27,404 nucleotides of DNA, taken from the IMG/VR virus record IMGVR_UViG_3300037308_000831, positions 1-27,404 of that record, one strand, 5' to 3'. Under the pieces are notes generated by a model, which ran no database searches, was not told the origin of the DNA, and worked only from the letters and a program-made list of their open reading frames with translations. Origin of the DNA: a virus. Lineage: Duplodnaviria; Caudoviricetes. Positions 25,033 to 27,404 of the stretch are shown here, piece after piece (the stretch's first letter is position 1; each line of letters begins with the position of its first letter). The position numbers and the translations under genes are program-made.

Positions 25033-26169
25033 ATGAGCGAGAACCAGACAAGATATCAATCAACGCTTCCGGCCGAACGCGCAATCGAATACAGCGTCGG
25101 CAGCCAAGCCGTCCGGCTCACCCCGGCGATGGTCCGCCAGTACCTCGTCCACGGCAGAAACGAGCTCGTGACCGACCAGGAAGTCATTTTCTTCATGCAC
25201 ATCTGCCGCGCCCGCAGCTTAAACCCCTTCAACAAGGACTGCTATCTCGTCAAATACACGAACGACCCTGCGGCGATCATCGTCTCGATCGACAAGCTGC
25301 GCTACCAGGCCAGGAAATCAGAGGACTGCGTCGGATGGAAGTCCGGGATCATCGTCCAGAAGGAAAACGGCGAGCTGCGCTATTCAAACGGTCTGATCCT
25401 GGAGGGAGAGAAACTGCTCGGCGGATGGTTCGAGGGCAAGCCGCGGGGGTGGGAGGAGCCGTTCAAGCTGGAGGTCAACCTGAACGGCTACGTCAAGAAG
25501 ACCAAGGAGGGCCATACCACCCGCTTCTGGCAGGCGGAAAACCAGCCCACCATGATTGCCAAGGTGGCCGAGGCCCAGGGGTTGCGCCGGCTGTGGCCGG
25601 AGCAGATCCAGGGGCTCTACGTCCAGGAGGAGCTCGCCGCCGGCCTGCACGACGAGCCGATCGACATTCAACCCGCGGCGGGGGAAAGGCCAGTGCTCGA
25701 CCCGGAGGGCTTCGTGGAGATCCTGGAGGACAATCTCCTGGAGCGGTTTCTTGAGGTTACCGCCGAGAAGAACCATAGCTCCTGGGAGGAGGTGGTGCGA
25801 GCGGCGAACGCGAACAAGGAGGAGTTCATCGCAGCCTTTAAAGCCTGGAAGCAGAAAGGCATTGCGCCGGCGCCGCCAGCCGAAAAGCCGAAGGGCCGGA
25901 AGGCGAAAAAGCAGGAGGCGCCGCCCCAGCCGGATCCGGCTCCGGAGGACAAGCAGGAAATTGAAACGAAATCAGACCCCACGCCGCCGGCGAACGGCCA
26001 GGGCAGCCTTTTCTCGCAGAGCGAGAGGGACAAGCTGATCACCGAGATCAAGCGCTACCCCGCCGAGGCGGTCGCCAAGGCCCGCGCAGCGATGGGGCTC
26101 GCCGAGAACGTCTGGCCGCCGACCGCCGAGGGCTGCGGCCGGATGCTGGATCTTCTGCTGGAGAGATGA
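25033..26169 (+). CDS. bet: Single-strand annealing recombinase, Bet/RecT family
   Basis: 'LT...VRQYL...TDQEV..F...C....LNPF.KDCYLVKY' and 'W...PTMIAKVAEAQGLRR.WP....GLY..EE' motifs. Start ATG 25033 behind AAGGAG. Confidence 0.88.
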   Translation: MSENQTRYQSTLPAERAIEYSVGSQAVRLTPAMVRQYLVHGRNELVTDQEVIFFMHICRARSLNPFNKDCYLVKYTNDPAAIIVSIDKLRYQARKSEDCVGWKSGIIVQKENGELRYSNGLILEGEKLLGGWFEGKPRGWEEPFKLEVNLNGYVKKTKEGHTTRFWQAENQPTMIAKVAEAQGLRRLWPEQIQGLYVQEELAAGLHDEPIDIQPAAGERPVLDPEGFVEILEDNLLERFLEVTAEKNHSSWEEVVRAANANKEEFIAAFKAWKQKGIAPAPPAEKPKGRKAKKQEAPPQPDPAPEDKQEIETKSDPTPPANGQGSLFSQSERDKLITEIKRYPAEAVAKARAAMGLAENVWPPTAEGCGRMLDLLLER

Positions 26170-26288
26170 CTGCTGCGGGAGCACAAGTGGAATAGCCCAG
26201 AGGAAGCTTCTTCAAGGGAAAAGACGAGTTGACCCCAGCCGCCCAGATAGGTTATGCCACCCCCAGAAACACAACCGGGGGGGTGTGC

Positions 26289-27404
26289 ATGCGAGGGAGC
26301 GTCCATTACCACAAAAAGGCGAAGTGTTGGTTTGTCCTTTGGTATGACAAGACGCAGGGCAAGGCGATCAAGATCTATCGATACAAGGGGGAAAAGATCT
26401 ATGATCGGCGGATCGCTCAGAAGCTGCTTGCCCAGATGCAGGGCGACACGGAGAACGGTGTTTTCCGCATAGAAAAGTTCACCAAGCAGGAATGGTCAGA
26501 GCCGGCGGATTATCTCTGGCGCTGGCTGGATGCAGTAGAGGGCGCCCTATCCCCGGCCACCTACAAGGACTATTCGAATTCAATCAAAAACTTCCTGGAG
26601 CCGTTTTTCAAACCGCGCAGAATCTACCTGCACGAAATCGGATTCGACACCATCCAGGAGATTGCCAACACCATCGAGCGGTCGCCCAAGGGCAAGCGGA
26701 ATGTTCTGGGCTGCCTCCACGCCTGTCTCACTTACGCATGGCGGTCCGGCCGGATCCCGGCCGTGCCGCCGTTCCCGCAGATCAAATACCAGCCCCCGCC
26801 AATCAAATGGCTCACGGAAGAGCGCCAGATGGCGATCATCGAGGCGATTCCCGATGAGCACAGGCCAATTTTCCTTTTTTTGAAATACCACCTGAGAAGG
26901 CCTGGAGAGGCCTGCGCGCTGAAATGGGAAGATTGGGATGGAGAGGTGTTCACGATCAGGCGGGGTATCTCGGCTCGTAAGATCATTGAATCTACCAAGA
27001 CAGGGGCCATTCACAAAATCCCTTGCCACTCAAATTTCAGGCCGATTTTGGAGGCCATTCGAAGATCTTTCAGCCCTTTCATTTTCACGAATCCTTTATC
27101 GAGATCCAAGCACAAAAACTACACGCTTGAATCGCTTGGCCGCATTTGGAAAGCCGCTTGTGCCTCGACCGGGGAATCAATTTCTCTCTACGCCGGCCTG
27201 AAACATTCGACCGCTTGCCAGCTTGTGAACGACCACGGCTTGAACTTGGGGGACCTTCAAATCGCCGGCGATTGGGCGCGCTTGGATTCGGTCAAACGGT
27301 ATGCTGTGGCAGAGCCGGCACGAAGGAAAGAATTGCTGGAAGGGAGAGTGGTTCGATTGGTCGACTATCCAAAGACTGTCCAACAGTGGGATAAAACCCC
27401 CTGA
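26289..27404 (+). CDS. int: Tyrosine recombinase / phage integrase (371 aa)
   Basis: Arm-binding-like N-terminus, SAM-like core-binding domain, catalytic R (RRPGEACALKWED), K (TKT), variant YAGLKHS and GDW boxes, and nucleophile Y (KRYA). Confidence 0.88.
   Translation: MRGSVHYHKKAKCWFVLWYDKTQGKAIKIYRYKGEKIYDRRIAQKLLAQMQGDTENGVFRIEKFTKQEWSEPADYLWRWLDAVEGALSPATYKDYSNSIKNFLEPFFKPRRIYLHEIGFDTIQEIANTIERSPKGKRNVLGCLHACLTYAWRSGRIPAVPPFPQIKYQPPPIKWLTEERQMAIIEAIPDEHRPIFLFLKYHLRRPGEACALKWEDWDGEVFTIRRGISARKIIESTKTGAIHKIPCHSNFRPILEAIRRSFSPFIFTNPLSRSKHKNYTLESLGRIWKAACASTGESISLYAGLKHSTACQLVNDHGLNLGDLQIAGDWARLDSVKRYAVAEPARRKELLEGRVVRLVDYPKTVQQWDKTP
27363..27383 (+). repeat. Tandem direct repeat GACTRTCCAA, candidate integrase arm-type sites
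   Basis: gactatccaa (27363-27372) and gactgtccaa (27374-27383) with an 11-bp period at the 3' end of int. Confidence 0.45.

Larger units (their letters stand above)
1..27404. mobile_element. Temperate podovirus-like prophage (P22/BPP-1-like architecture), probably near-complete; att sites not visible
   Basis: Integrase, cI/cro switch, replication, terminase, portal, capsid, lysis, short-tail and ejection genes occur in lambdoid/P22-like order. No tape-measure or sheath gene is present. Confidence 0.93.

Noticed and set aside
26166-26195. Tiny ORF MTAAGAQVE overlapping the bet stop as an excisionase
   Set aside because: At 9 codons it is far too short for an Xis-type domain.

Overview
The window is a compact (~27.4 kb), apparently near-complete temperate podovirus-type prophage with a GC-rich body (roughly 65% by eye). 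The minus strand carries one long operon: Cro-like regulator, RHH protein, lambda-O-like replication initiator with an internal iteron origin, Zn-finger partner, VRR-NUC, Zn-ribbon regulator, TerS, TerL, P22-like portal, scaffold, N4-gp56/DUF4043-like capsid, decoration protein, an embedded lysis cassette (membrane proteins, 3TM holin, T7-like amidase), head-tail adaptor, tail nozzle, three ejection-type proteins and a short tail fibre. The plus strand carries a peptidase-less CI-like repressor, an early recombination operon (PD-(D/E)XK nuclease, coiled-coil protein, Bet/RecT, tyrosine integrase) and an AT-rich P63C-domain gene at the left edge. The most notable element is a 2030-aa polyvalent protein in the DNA-ejection position that carries a zeta-toxin-like P-loop kinase and tandem RadC/JAB domains, a candidate co-injected effector payload. 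Other highlights are a repeated hairpin-CGUAAAAG leader that can pair with a site overlapping the capsid ribosome-binding site, a very tight cI/cro switch with a probable leaderless cro mRNA, beta-clamp-binding-like motifs in three proteins, an ssrA-tag-like TerS C-terminus and a variant integrase active site. All family assignments come from motif recognition and gene order; no database searches were run.
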